Sequence record: DRR723986_8739
Reading direction: 5' to 3' (one strand)
Length of the DNA: 64,000 bases
The notes below the pieces were generated by a model, which worked only from the letters and a program-made list of their open reading frames with translations, was not told the DNA's origin and did no database searches. A program made the translations under genes and the position numbers. How positions within the stretch are numbered: position 1 is the stretch's first letter; the number at the start of each line of letters is the position of its first letter. Positions 1-9,971 of this stretch are shown here, in pieces.

Positions 1-30
1 AAAAAAGCAGCACCTAGGTGCTGCTTTTTT
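1..30. terminator. Perfect 30-bp palindrome, intrinsic (bidirectional-type) terminator
   Basis: AAAAAAGCAGCAC-CTAG-GTGCTGCTTTTTT is its own reverse complement, with A and T tracts on the flanks. Confidence 0.8.
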
Positions 31-77
31 CGTTTACATTTGTCTTAATTGTCTATTTTAGACAAAAAACCAACTAA

Positions 78-3000
78 ATGACAGAAGAGCACAGAGATAA
101 GCATTCGAAACACCCTTTTCGTAAGAAAATACTCAGGTGGGTCATGTTTACTTTTTTGGCTGTACTTTTCTTGGAGTTCATTGTGTATTTTGGATCCAAC
201 CTAGTGCTTTCCAACTGGGCTAGGCGTAAAATCAATGAAGCTGCTAAGGATGTTTATTTAGTTGATTTTAATCGGGTTAGATTTTCGCTGCTAAGAAGAG
301 GCATCTTCATGGATGGCATAGTGATGGAGCCTATAGGTGAACGTAAACCAGGTCAAAACCAACCCTTATTTGATTTAACCTTAGATGAATTAGCGTTAAG
401 AAATCTTTGGTTTGACTTTTCTGAAGGTATTTTGTACGTAGGTAAATTGGATTTTGACAATCCTAACATAAGTATGGATTTACCACCCAATAAAAACAAA
501 TCCGACAAGGAGGAGGAAGTTCAGAATGAGCAGAAAGATGGTTCTCCGGTAAAAGCCCTCGAAGATGAGTTAAAGAAGATAATTGGTAAGATTAATTTTA
601 CCGGTGTTTATATTACTGAACTTGAAATAAATCATGCGGATTTATTCTTTTTAAATTTTCTGAGCCAAAATTCATTAAAAGCAGAGAACACTAGATTGAT
701 TGTAAAAGATATCAACTGGGCAACTAAAGAAGAATGGGCTACTCCGTTTAATGCCAGAGGTTTCGAATTTGACTTGGAAAATGTGAACTTCCCGCTTCCC
801 GATGGCGTGCATTTTATTCAGTCGGAGAAGGTATATGTCAGTTCTCTTGATAATCGGATTTTAATTAACGGGTTTCAACTAAGTCCGGACAAAAGCATTC
901 AAAGCAAATCCTACTATGATGTCTATCTAAGTGAGCTTCGGGTAGGAAATGTTGACTTGAATGAGGCTTTTATGTCTTCAAATGTTGTCATCGATGAAAT
1001 AGTCTTAAACGATCCACGATTTAAAGTTGAGCAAAACCTAATCAGTGAAAAGGATAGTACTGCAACTGGTGATCTTAATGAATTGATTCAAGGGATTCTA
1101 AAGTCATTTGAGGTTCAGGAATTATCTGTCAATAATGGGAAATTCAGTACCTATAGTTTGGCAGATACGCTCAAAAATCGAATTGATATTCAGAAGCTTG
1201 ACTTCAAGATGATTAATTTTTATTTGGGAGCTGATGAATCCAGAAAAGCCAATCAATTTTTCTATGGCGAAGATGCGGCAATGGATATTCAAAATGCAGA
1301 CTTGTATTTATCAGATGAAGTTCATGTGATCTATGGAGACAGAGTGAGTGTTTCTTCGTTCAAAGATGAGATTATCGTGGAAAATATCCGGATAGAGCCT
1401 AGGGAAGATGCCTTGAAAAGTGGGCAGGCAAATCACATCATGAGAATTTCCCTGCCTAAACTCGCGTTAACGAAAGCCAACTTGAAGCAGCTATATAATG
1501 AGGGCGTTTTTAACGTTGATGAAATGCTCATTCAGTCTCCAAAGGTGGAAATAACAGAACTTAGACAAGGCAAAGAGAATTCAGAGGGTGTGCCGGTGAA
1601 GGAGCTTTTGACCGGGTATATGGATGAGCTTGCTATCGGAAAAATGGATCTTAGAGATGGGGAGGTTCAGTTTAAAAATGATAAAGGTGTTCGAAGTGAT
1701 GATATTGGTTTTGAAAAATTTGACCTATTGCTAGAAAAAGTCTTTTTACAACCGAATTTGCACAGTGATGTCAGAAACCAATTCCTAGCGGAGGAGATGG
1801 TTCTTAGTTTGGATAAGTACAGATTGAAATTGCGAGATAACCTGCATGTGTTTTTGGCAGACAGAGTCTTGATAGATAGTAAGAACTCACGTGTTGTGGT
1901 GAGTAATTTCACCCTCAGGCCTGAAAATCCAGATTCAGTACAAACCATTCTGGACTCTTATGGTAAATCTGTGATTTTGGATATTTCAGTTCCGGAATTC
2001 CGTGTAGAGGGTATAGATTTAATGTCAGTTTACATGGATGAGAAGCTGATCATCAATCAAATTCTTGTCCCTTCTCCGGTGGCTAGTCTTACTCGTTTTA
2101 GAAAGAAAAATGCTGGATCTGCTTCGTCCATAACTACTAGTCAACTGGAATCATCAGATGAAATTAAGGAGTTGCTGACATCCTATTTTTCTTCCATTCA
2201 AATTGATTCCATTAGTTTCAGCGATGGACAGGTTCAATACAGAAATTTTGCTGGTAAGAAAGATTTAGCCTTGAGTGAAGACAGTCTTTCATTGAGTCTA
2301 AAAGGATTTTACCTTGAAAGAGGGCTTGAGAAAAGCCCGGATAGAACATTTTTTTCGGATGAAATTGATTTGAAATTAAGAAAGTATGATTTCAGCGTAG
2401 CGGGAGGGAATTATAAGGTAGATACTGACGGACTTCGCTTTAATTCTCGCTCTAAGACCATAGAGATTGAAAACCTTACGCTGAGTCCTAGTAACTCGAT
2501 AAGCAGTAAAATCGCATTATCCTTAAAATTGCCCAGAGTTTCCTTTGAAGGGGTAGATATTGAATCTTTTTTGTTTGAAAATGAGCTACAGCTAGAAAAA
2601 CTTGCAGTGGATGGAAGTACGATTAATCTGGAGATTAATCGGGATTTTCAGAGGGAGAAAACTGGAGATGTAGCTGGGCCAGTTACTGAAAAAACACTTC
2701 CAAAATCTATTCAACTTGTTTCTATTGGAGCAATTGAGGCTACAAATTCTAAATTGAGTTTGAATTACAGAGTAGGGGAAAATGGGTTTGAATCTATACA
2801 AACCGATTTTGACTTAGAGATAAAAGGCTTAATCTTAGATTCTGCTGCAAATGCGAGGGAAGATATTGCAGGCTTGTTTGATGAGATCAGCCTCAATCTC
2901 AATGATTTCTCCTATGCATTGCCGGATAGTATCCATACGATACGTTTCTCAAATTTCTTTGTTGATAATACAGCAGACGAGACGATTTTTTCAAATTTTG

Positions 3001-4457
3001 AAATTATTCCTAGTAACACTTCTGGCAATCCAGGCTCGCCCATATTTTCTGCCAAAATCGATGAGTTGGGGGTGAGGAATAATAGAATCAGAGATATTCA
3101 ATCAACAGGCATAGTTGACCTGACTCAGCTTCGTCTACTAAATCCTAAAATCGATGTATATCTTGATACCGCCCAAAAATCTCCTAAGACTAAAAAATCA
3201 TCAGGTAACTCTAGCCCAAAAAATCTGGGACTAATTGAGTCGGTATTGCTTCAGGATATATTAATCAATAATGGAGATATTAGGATTCATAACAAGGAGA
3301 GTGGTCAGATTCCAAAAATGGCATTTCATAAAGTCAATTTTGGATTACAAGAACTCAACTATGATCTGATGAATAAAAATGCAGAGCTGAGTCCTCAGTT
3401 TCTGCTGGAAAAGGACCTGAGTCTTTCTATTTCAAACTATCAAATTTATACAAATGATAGCATGAATAAGTTGAAGCTCGGAAAAGTAAGATACCTGGAT
3501 AATACCATCGTCATCGATAGTATTTATTTCCAGCCTGCTTTTGGGCGCTATGATTTTTTGCGTAGAAAAGGGTATCAGGACAATGCAATGGATGCTTTTA
3601 TTCATCAGATCAGGCTTGAAGACATAGATTTTGATTCTTATTTCATAAATAAAAACCTGAAAGCCCATGCTTTAAGAGTTAATGGTTTTGAGGTGGATGT
3701 TTTTAGAGATAAGAGAATCCCACTAAAAGAAGGTGTAATCAAACCTATGCCTCAAGCATTAATGCAGAACTCCCCATTTGATTTAGAGTTTGATTCTGTG
3801 ATTTTGAATAATGGGGTTATACGATATCAGGAGTTTGCTCCAAAAGCTATGCTCCCGGGTTCTATAAGGTTCGAAGAGGTTAATGCTTCTATAGCTCCTT
3901 TTGTGATGCGCAAGAGTAGTGAGGAGTTTCCATTGAAGTCCAGTATGTTGTCAGCCACTGCGAAACTTATGGGAGAAGGGGATGTTAAATTAAATGCAAA
4001 TATGTTTTTTGGCGCACCGTATCCTATGGATGTAGATGTTGAGCTGGGGGAATTCGATCTTTCTCTTCTCAATACTATGCTTGCGAATAATGTCTTTCTA
4101 AAAGTGGTAGATGGGCGTGTTACTGACGGAAAGTGGAATTTCAGAATGGATGATGATGTAGCTAGAGGCAAAATGAACTTTAGATATGAAGATCTAAAGA
4201 TTGAGTTTTTGGATTCTTTGACCTTAGAAAGGGGTAAAGGAAAACTTGGGATCATGACCTTTCTGGCCAATACATTTACAAAAAGTAATAATCCCAGAAA
4301 ATTCTTTAATCATCGGGTCATTTCTCGGGTTTACTTCGAGCGGGATAAATCCAAATTCATTTTCGGGGGCTGGTGGCGAGCTACTTTTAGTGGCTTGAAG
4401 GGAAGCATAGGACTAGGACAACCAAAAGTACCAAAGCGAAAAGAGGAAGAAGAGTGA
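78..4457 (+). CDS. Large membrane-anchored AsmA/DUF748-like beta-rich repeat protein (1459 aa)
   Basis: Single N-terminal TM after a basic stretch; about six internal repeats; beta-strand-rich; C-terminus typical of Bacteroidota AsmA-like proteins (RDKSKFIFGGWWRATFSGLKGSIGL). Confidence 0.65.
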   Translation: MTEEHRDKHSKHPFRKKILRWVMFTFLAVLFLEFIVYFGSNLVLSNWARRKINEAAKDVYLVDFNRVRFSLLRRGIFMDGIVMEPIGERKPGQNQPLFDLTLDELALRNLWFDFSEGILYVGKLDFDNPNISMDLPPNKNKSDKEEEVQNEQKDGSPVKALEDELKKIIGKINFTGVYITELEINHADLFFLNFLSQNSLKAENTRLIVKDINWATKEEWATPFNARGFEFDLENVNFPLPDGVHFIQSEKVYVSSLDNRILINGFQLSPDKSIQSKSYYDVYLSELRVGNVDLNEAFMSSNVVIDEIVLNDPRFKVEQNLISEKDSTATGDLNELIQGILKSFEVQELSVNNGKFSTYSLADTLKNRIDIQKLDFKMINFYLGADESRKANQFFYGEDAAMDIQNADLYLSDEVHVIYGDRVSVSSFKDEIIVENIRIEPREDALKSGQANHIMRISLPKLALTKANLKQLYNEGVFNVDEMLIQSPKVEITELRQGKENSEGVPVKELLTGYMDELAIGKMDLRDGEVQFKNDKGVRSDDIGFEKFDLLLEKVFLQPNLHSDVRNQFLAEEMVLSLDKYRLKLRDNLHVFLADRVLIDSKNSRVVVSNFTLRPENPDSVQTILDSYGKSVILDISVPEFRVEGIDLMSVYMDEKLIINQILVPSPVASLTRFRKKNAGSASSITTSQLESSDEIKELLTSYFSSIQIDSISFSDGQVQYRNFAGKKDLALSEDSLSLSLKGFYLERGLEKSPDRTFFSDEIDLKLRKYDFSVAGGNYKVDTDGLRFNSRSKTIEIENLTLSPSNSISSKIALSLKLPRVSFEGVDIESFLFENELQLEKLAVDGSTINLEINRDFQREKTGDVAGPVTEKTLPKSIQLVSIGAIEATNSKLSLNYRVGENGFESIQTDFDLEIKGLILDSAANAREDIAGLFDEISLNLNDFSYALPDSIHTIRFSNFFVDNTADETIFSNFEIIPSNTSGNPGSPIFSAKIDELGVRNNRIRDIQSTGIVDLTQLRLLNPKIDVYLDTAQKSPKTKKSSGNSSPKNLGLIESVLLQDILINNGDIRIHNKESGQIPKMAFHKVNFGLQELNYDLMNKNAELSPQFLLEKDLSLSISNYQIYTNDSMNKLKLGKVRYLDNTIVIDSIYFQPAFGRYDFLRRKGYQDNAMDAFIHQIRLEDIDFDSYFINKNLKAHALRVNGFEVDVFRDKRIPLKEGVIKPMPQALMQNSPFDLEFDSVILNNGVIRYQEFAPKAMLPGSIRFEEVNASIAPFVMRKSSEEFPLKSSMLSATAKLMGEGDVKLNANMFFGAPYPMDVDVELGEFDLSLLNTMLANNVFLKVVDGRVTDGKWNFRMDDDVARGKMNFRYEDLKIEFLDSLTLERGKGKLGIMTFLANTFTKSNNPRKFFNHRVISRVYFERDKSKFIFGGWWRATFSGLKGSIGLGQPKVPKRKEEEE

Positions 4458-4645
4458 TCAGCTTTCAGTGGTCAGTCACAGTTTTCCGTTGTTAGTTTTT
4501 TTTCTTTTGTATGATGCAAATAGCTTTTCTGGTGGACAATTTTACACTTAGAGATAGAAGATTGGTACTTGAAAACTATGTTCAAAGTCATGTTTCTTAG
4601 GAGATTGGAAAAGGAGTGAAGAGGTACCATTGCTAATTACACAAC

Positions 4646-4683
4646 GAAAAGCCCTTATGAGATTAATTTCATAAGGGCTTTTC
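4646..4683. terminator. Bidirectional intrinsic terminator between convergent genes
   Basis: GAAAAGCCCTTATGA-gattaatt-TCATAAGGGCTTTTC inverted repeat. Confidence 0.85.
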
Positions 4684-4703
4684 TGATTTATCTACTAAGA
4701 GTT

Positions 4704-7700
4704 TTACCTTCTTAGGATTTTGAGTTGTTCGCTATGTGCTCCCCAGATTAGTTGAACAATGTGAACCCCTGGGGCTGCTTTTTCTAGGTAATCATTGACA
4801 ACTAGACTTACCTCTTCTACTGATCTGACAGAATAGGAGTTGAAGACTCCTTTTACATCTGATATTTTAATATGTATTTGCTCGTCTCTAAAGCTTCCTC
4901 TGTCGAGTAGATCAACTGTAACGTAGTTTCCAGGACTACTTGGGTTAGGATAAACCACCCAAGTGGATTGGCCTTTGAGTCCTTTCACCTGAATCGACCG
5001 AGTAACACTATACGCAAATGACCCATTCACATCGATTTGTTTCAATCGATAAAGAATATTTCCTCCTGCTGCTGGTAGATTTGTGTCCTCAAATTTGTAT
5101 TCAGTAGGAGAGTCACTGTATCCTTGACCTGTCACTTCTCCGATTTTAGTCCAAGAAGTCAAATCATTAGATGTAGCTCTTTCTATTTCAAATCTATCAT
5201 TTTCCCATTCTTGGGAGGTAGCCCAGGTGAGTTCGCTGGTTCGGTTGTCAGGGTTGTAGGTAGCATTGAAATAGAGATATTCTACTTGGAGGATACGGTA
5301 ATTGAAATAATAGATATACACCACTCCATTTCCACCTTTGCTTCCGGCATCTCTACCTGCTCCACCTCCTGAGCCTGTTTTATCCACACCAGGCAGACCT
5401 GTTGTAGTACTTCCATCACCTCCAATTTTACCTCCATCAGGAGTAATTCCACCAAAACCTACTTTTACTACACCATTGAAATTATATCCAACACCGCCGC
5501 CACCGCCGCCAAAATATCTAATAGAATCACCCATCACAAGCCTAACTCCGTTTCCACCTTTCCCTCCTTCGCCCTGACCTAAACCTGCTCCCTTGCCTTC
5601 TCCTCCTATCTCAAAGACTCCGCCTCCCCCACCACCTGCAAAGGCCTGACCGGTAGAATAATCTCCAGCGCCGCCAGTTTTTCCAGTTCCATTTCCAGTC
5701 CCACCAAGTCCCTCAGAAGAATTGTTAGCACCACCGCCCCCGCCGCTTCCGCTTAAAACGCCATTTCCAGGAGTGATTGCATTTTCGGAGCCGCCCCCAC
5801 CACCACCACCGGCTATAACAGAAACTGAATTGTAAATTCCACTTCCAGATATACTAGACTGTGTGCCATCAACCCCCCTCGTACTAGCAGAAGATGAACC
5901 TGCACCACCCGGTCCAGCATTTATTGTAAAGGTAGAATTAGCAGGAAAGCCTATAGGATTAGCGCTTGGTACATTTATTCCTGTCAGCAGGCCTCCAGCA
6001 CCACCCCCGCCAGAACCTCTTCCAGCTCCGCCCCCGCCTCCACCACCACCAACGGTAGTGAAAAACTCCAATAAGCCTTCAGGTGCGGTCCAAGTCATGT
6101 TCTGACATGTAAACTCAATTAAAGTCGTCCCGGAAATTGCCCCATCATCGATTACTTTAAAACAAGGATCTACTGGAGGTAAAGGGTATGAAATTAAAAT
6201 TAAACCTTGTCCACCTACTCCTCCATTGCTATTTCCTTTGGATCCTCCGCCCCCACCTCCTGGAGCCGTTCCGGGCTTTCCAGGATCATTTCCATTACCT
6301 GATCCACCAGGACCACCAGCACCCCCGTTCCCGCCGTTTCCCCCATCTCCACCTTTCTGATTATTTCCGGTTAAACCATTCCCAGGTTGACCATTTCCTC
6401 CAATAGTAGTGTTGCCATAACCGAATCTAACATCTTTTTGTAGGGTACCGTTATAAGTACCCGCTGTTGAGCCTGTAGCACCCTTTCCCCCTTTTGCATA
6501 AACTAAGCTCGTTGTAATTGAATTAGGTGGACTTGAATCTCTGGTTGCCCAGCTATCACCACCATTTGCCTGGGCTGCTCCTCCAGCACCTATAAAAATT
6601 CCTATTGGTCTACCTGGAGTAACTGATATAGTTTGTACAGAATATCCACCACCACCACCTCCAGCGCCATTGTCGCCATTTCCACCACCACCACCACCAC
6701 CCCAAACTTTGATGGTAATTTCATAAATACCGGCAGGCACATAGAATGTTCCATTTTCATCAAATACTACTGCTTTGATTCCAAAGAAGGTTAAGTTATT
6801 AGTTGAAAGTGGAATAGTACAAGAATCTGTATCTTTCTTTATAGAGGTAATGGTTAAAGAAGTTAAATTTTCACTATTGATTGGAATAGTTGTAAAAACT
6901 CCCTTTCCATTTGTAATGGTAAAAGTAGCTGTGCCTGTGCCTGAATTGGCCAATCCTAACGTATAACTAACCGTATAGGTTCCATTCAAGAAAATGGTAG
7001 GGTCACCATTAATTGTTATGGTTGCATTCCCACCTGTATTAGAAGGTGAAACGGAGGATATGGCTGTTAATGAATAAACAGGTGTGACCTCCACAGTTCC
7101 AGTGGCAGCAACAGTTCCACATCCACCAGTGAGTGGTATTGTATAAGGATAAAGGCCAGGAGCTGCAGTAACTGGGGCTCCGGTGCTGCTTAATGAAATA
7201 GTCCCACCCGAAAATGATGCTGTAATACCTGCAGGTAAACCAATTGGTGTTCCTATTCCGGTGGCCAATGAGGTAGTATGTGTTGATGTAGCTGGTAATG
7301 TTGCATTTACACATACACTGGTTAGTGCTGTCGTTGTGGTGGGAGTTGCGGTACTTTTCTCAACTGTTATATTGTTCGATGTAGCTGGTGAAGTCGCTCC
7401 ACAACCTTGAAGATCTTGGTAGTTTACAGTTACAGACTTGCTTCCTGGTGTGAGCCATTTTAATACTAAACTTGAACTTCCATTTCCTCCAGAAGTGATT
7501 GAATAATCGGTGCCCGCTAACCCTGGAATCGTCCAAACATAATTAGTTTCTCCAGTTTGAGTTGAGTAAGTAACATCTGTATCAACACAAGTTGGCCCAC
7601 TTGGCTGGGAAATAAAAGAAACTGTTGGTAATCCATTAACCACAAAAGCTCCAGATGGAGAACTTGTAGCAGTTGTCCCACAAGTTGCTGAGGTCACGAT

Positions 7701-9713
7701 AACATAATAATATTTTGTGCCTGCTGTAGTAGATAGGGGGGTATAAGAGGCGGATGTGCCATTTACTGTTATCGCAGTTCCTGTGGTATTGTTGTTGTTG
7801 GAATTCTCATACCATTGATAAGTAAATCCTTGACGATTTGCAACTGAGATAGGTGAGAAGGCTACATTATGACATCTGGTTTGCCCTCCTAAGCTTGGTG
7901 AAACAACTGCGGCTTGGGCATTCACAGTAATTGTTCCTGTTGCATTGACTATTCCACATCCTCCTGTAACCGGAATTGAATAGGTAAATACCCCTGGATT
8001 TGTAGGAGCTCCAGTGATTGAAATGGTACCTGCACTTAAGCTGGCCGTGATTCCGCCTGGATTGGAAGGGCTCCAAACAATTGCTCCTAACCCAGTTCCG
8101 CCAGTCACACTATGGCTTATTGTAGGAATGGCAGTATTTACACAAACTATTGGGGATGATGAGGCAGCAGAAACTGTGTTATTTGGAGTAACTATATATG
8201 CACTTGATACTGGACTAGTCACACTACTACAAGTAGGAGAGCTTACAACTACGTAATAATACAAAGTTCCAGCTGCGGTATTTAGCGGAGTATAAGTATT
8301 AGAGGTCGCTCCGGAAACCAAATTTGGTGTGTCATAGTCTGGTGTGTTATTACTAAACCACTGATAAGTATAACCAAATCCAGAGCCTACAGACATCTGG
8401 CCGAAAGCTGGACCGTTAATGCACGTTGTACCCCCTGGGGTATTTTGGCTCTTGATGTTTGGGGTTTCATTGATTGTAATAGTACCTGTCGCATTTACAG
8501 CTCCACATCCACCAGTTAGTGGGATTGTATAGCTATAATCTCCAAAAACGGTAGGAGTTCCTGAAAAAGTAATCTGATTTGAAGCCCAAGCAACTGTTAC
8601 TCCTGCAGGTAACCCTGTTGCTGTTCCAATTCCAGTTGCACCTGTTGTCGCTTGAGTTACTCCTGCTGGAAGGGCTGAGCCTTGGCAGAAGGTTGAACTG
8701 GTAATAGATGCGGCTGTATTGTTAGGGGAAACAGTAAAAGAACCTGAAAAAGAACCTGGCCCAGAGCAGGTGCCAGTAGATCCAGTTGGATAATTAGGAG
8801 TTAGGATATACGAGAAAGTTCCTGCTGCGTTTGATGCTCCAGAAATAGTAATTCTTCCGTCTAAATTAGTAACAGTTACTCCTGAAGGTGGAGAAGGTGA
8901 AGGGGTTCCATTTAGAACCCAATTTAGGGTATAGTCTGAGGCTCCAATTAAATCATATACAACTGGGCCAAAACTCGTTCCTAGGCAGACTGAAGTTGGA
9001 TTTGGGTTTCCAGATACTAAGGAGTTTGAGCAATTCCAACTTAAAATTAATTGTCCATGACCACCTCTTGCTCCATTGCCACCATTTCCGCCACCACCAC
9101 CACCACCACCAGGAGGAGTACCTGCGGTTCCATTAGAACTATTATTTCCACCAGGGCCACCATTTCCGCCGGAGGCAGGCGCAGTTGCTCCCGCTTGATT
9201 AGTTGCTGTAACACCAGGAGCAGCATTACCTGCAGAAGAACCTCCTCCTCCTCCAGAATTACCTGTGGATGGTTTAAATCCTGCTCCTCCACCAAGGACT
9301 GTTGTACCAATTCCAACTGCTGCTCCATTGCCACCGCTAGAACTAGAAGCTAAACCTCCACCATAGGCCAATAAATTTGTGTTTGAAATAAACCAAGTAG
9401 ATCCTCCTGCAAAACCTAGAGACCCTAAACCAATTGAATAATTAAATGGAAATCCCGTTAAGTTATTATAAATTTTTGAGGAGAAACCACCACCTCCACC
9501 ACCTGCGCCTCTATTTCCGTCTGCTCCAGAACCACCAGCCCCCCATGCCTGCGCAGTTAAATTTAATGAGGCCCCAGTGGGATTTGGATTATAGATACTT
9601 AGGCTTCCTGAGCCAGGAGTTGTTATTGTTATTGTTCTAGTCTGCCCATAAGCATCCCAACCGATCGAAATCAGCAAAAGTATGAGTATGCTTTTGAGTA
9701 GCTGTTTAACCAT
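4704..9713 (-). CDS. Secreted Gly-rich / Ig-like repeat surface protein with T9SS type A C-terminal sorting domain (1669 aa)
   Basis: Signal peptide; three Gly-rich domains starting (W/V)G(A/G)GG; repeated Y.IP.TGGCG.V.ATGT modules; C-terminal L.W.T..E..N..FEIER...YRLKQ.D..G...YS domain then VYPNP...KILRR CTD. Confidence 0.85.
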   Translation of the reverse strand: MVKQLLKSILILLLISIGWDAYGQTRTITITTPGSGSLSIYNPNPTGASLNLTAQAWGAGGSGADGNRGAGGGGGGFSSKIYNNLTGFPFNYSIGLGSLGFAGGSTWFISNTNLLAYGGGLASSSSGGNGAAVGIGTTVLGGGAGFKPSTGNSGGGGGSSAGNAAPGVTATNQAGATAPASGGNGGPGGNNSSNGTAGTPPGGGGGGGGNGGNGARGGHGQLILSWNCSNSLVSGNPNPTSVCLGTSFGPVVYDLIGASDYTLNWVLNGTPSPSPPSGVTVTNLDGRITISGASNAAGTFSYILTPNYPTGSTGTCSGPGSFSGSFTVSPNNTAASITSSTFCQGSALPAGVTQATTGATGIGTATGLPAGVTVAWASNQITFSGTPTVFGDYSYTIPLTGGCGAVNATGTITINETPNIKSQNTPGGTTCINGPAFGQMSVGSGFGYTYQWFSNNTPDYDTPNLVSGATSNTYTPLNTAAGTLYYYVVVSSPTCSSVTSPVSSAYIVTPNNTVSAASSSPIVCVNTAIPTISHSVTGGTGLGAIVWSPSNPGGITASLSAGTISITGAPTNPGVFTYSIPVTGGCGIVNATGTITVNAQAAVVSPSLGGQTRCHNVAFSPISVANRQGFTYQWYENSNNNNTTGTAITVNGTSASYTPLSTTAGTKYYYVIVTSATCGTTATSSPSGAFVVNGLPTVSFISQPSGPTCVDTDVTYSTQTGETNYVWTIPGLAGTDYSITSGGNGSSSLVLKWLTPGSKSVTVNYQDLQGCGATSPATSNNITVEKSTATPTTTTALTSVCVNATLPATSTHTTSLATGIGTPIGLPAGITASFSGGTISLSSTGAPVTAAPGLYPYTIPLTGGCGTVAATGTVEVTPVYSLTAISSVSPSNTGGNATITINGDPTIFLNGTYTVSYTLGLANSGTGTATFTITNGKGVFTTIPINSENLTSLTITSIKKDTDSCTIPLSTNNLTFFGIKAVVFDENGTFYVPAGIYEITIKVWGGGGGGGNGDNGAGGGGGGYSVQTISVTPGRPIGIFIGAGGAAQANGGDSWATRDSSPPNSITTSLVYAKGGKGATGSTAGTYNGTLQKDVRFGYGNTTIGGNGQPGNGLTGNNQKGGDGGNGGNGGAGGPGGSGNGNDPGKPGTAPGGGGGGSKGNSNGGVGGQGLILISYPLPPVDPCFKVIDDGAISGTTLIEFTCQNMTWTAPEGLLEFFTTVGGGGGGGGAGRGSGGGGAGGLLTGINVPSANPIGFPANSTFTINAGPGGAGSSSASTRGVDGTQSSISGSGIYNSVSVIAGGGGGGGSENAITPGNGVLSGSGGGGGANNSSEGLGGTGNGTGKTGGAGDYSTGQAFAGGGGGGVFEIGGEGKGAGLGQGEGGKGGNGVRLVMGDSIRYFGGGGGGVGYNFNGVVKVGFGGITPDGGKIGGDGSTTTGLPGVDKTGSGGGAGRDAGSKGGNGVVYIYYFNYRILQVEYLYFNATYNPDNRTSELTWATSQEWENDRFEIERATSNDLTSWTKIGEVTGQGYSDSPTEYKFEDTNLPAAGGNILYRLKQIDVNGSFAYSVTRSIQVKGLKGQSTWVVYPNPSSPGNYVTVDLLDRGSFRDEQIHIKISDVKGVFNSYSVRSVEEVSLVVNDYLEKAAPGVHIVQLIWGAHSEQLKILRR

Positions 9714-9762
9714 ATTTTGAGGTTATGAGCGAAATGAATTTTAACACTATAAAAATGTATTT

Positions 9763-9770
9763 CAAATATA
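9763..9770 (-). promoter_or_regulatory. Bacteroidota sigma-A -7 box (TATATTTG)
   Basis: Matches TAnnTTTG on the minus strand, 50 nt upstream of the 9713 start. Confidence 0.55.
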
Positions 9771-9920
9771 GTGATTTTTATTTATTTGAATCCTCATATT
9801 TACTATAACTGCCTATAAATAAAAGTCTTCTCAAAGTGGGGAATAATAAAGCATTCAGGAAAAGTACTGTTTCCTATTCGAAAAATGAGTGTATTCCATT
9901 ATTATCTTAAAACTGGAAAT

Positions 9921-9952
9921 AAAAAAAGCCAATCTATATGCAGATTGGCTCT
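9921..9952 (-). terminator. Intrinsic terminator of the 537-aa lipoprotein gene
   Basis: AGCCAATCT-atatgc-AGATTGGCT stem; the adjacent A tract gives a U tail on the minus strand. Confidence 0.75.
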
Positions 9953-9971
9953 TAATAAAAGAATGATTGTA

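Noticed and set aside
5124-9640. Many short Pro/His/Thr-rich ORFs inside the 1669-aa gene
   Set aside because: Shadow frames produced by Gly-codon runs on the opposite strand or in other frames.
9884-9902. ATGAGTGTATTCCATT resembling the element's 3' block
   Set aside because: No matching 5' block, and it is antisense to the flanking genes.
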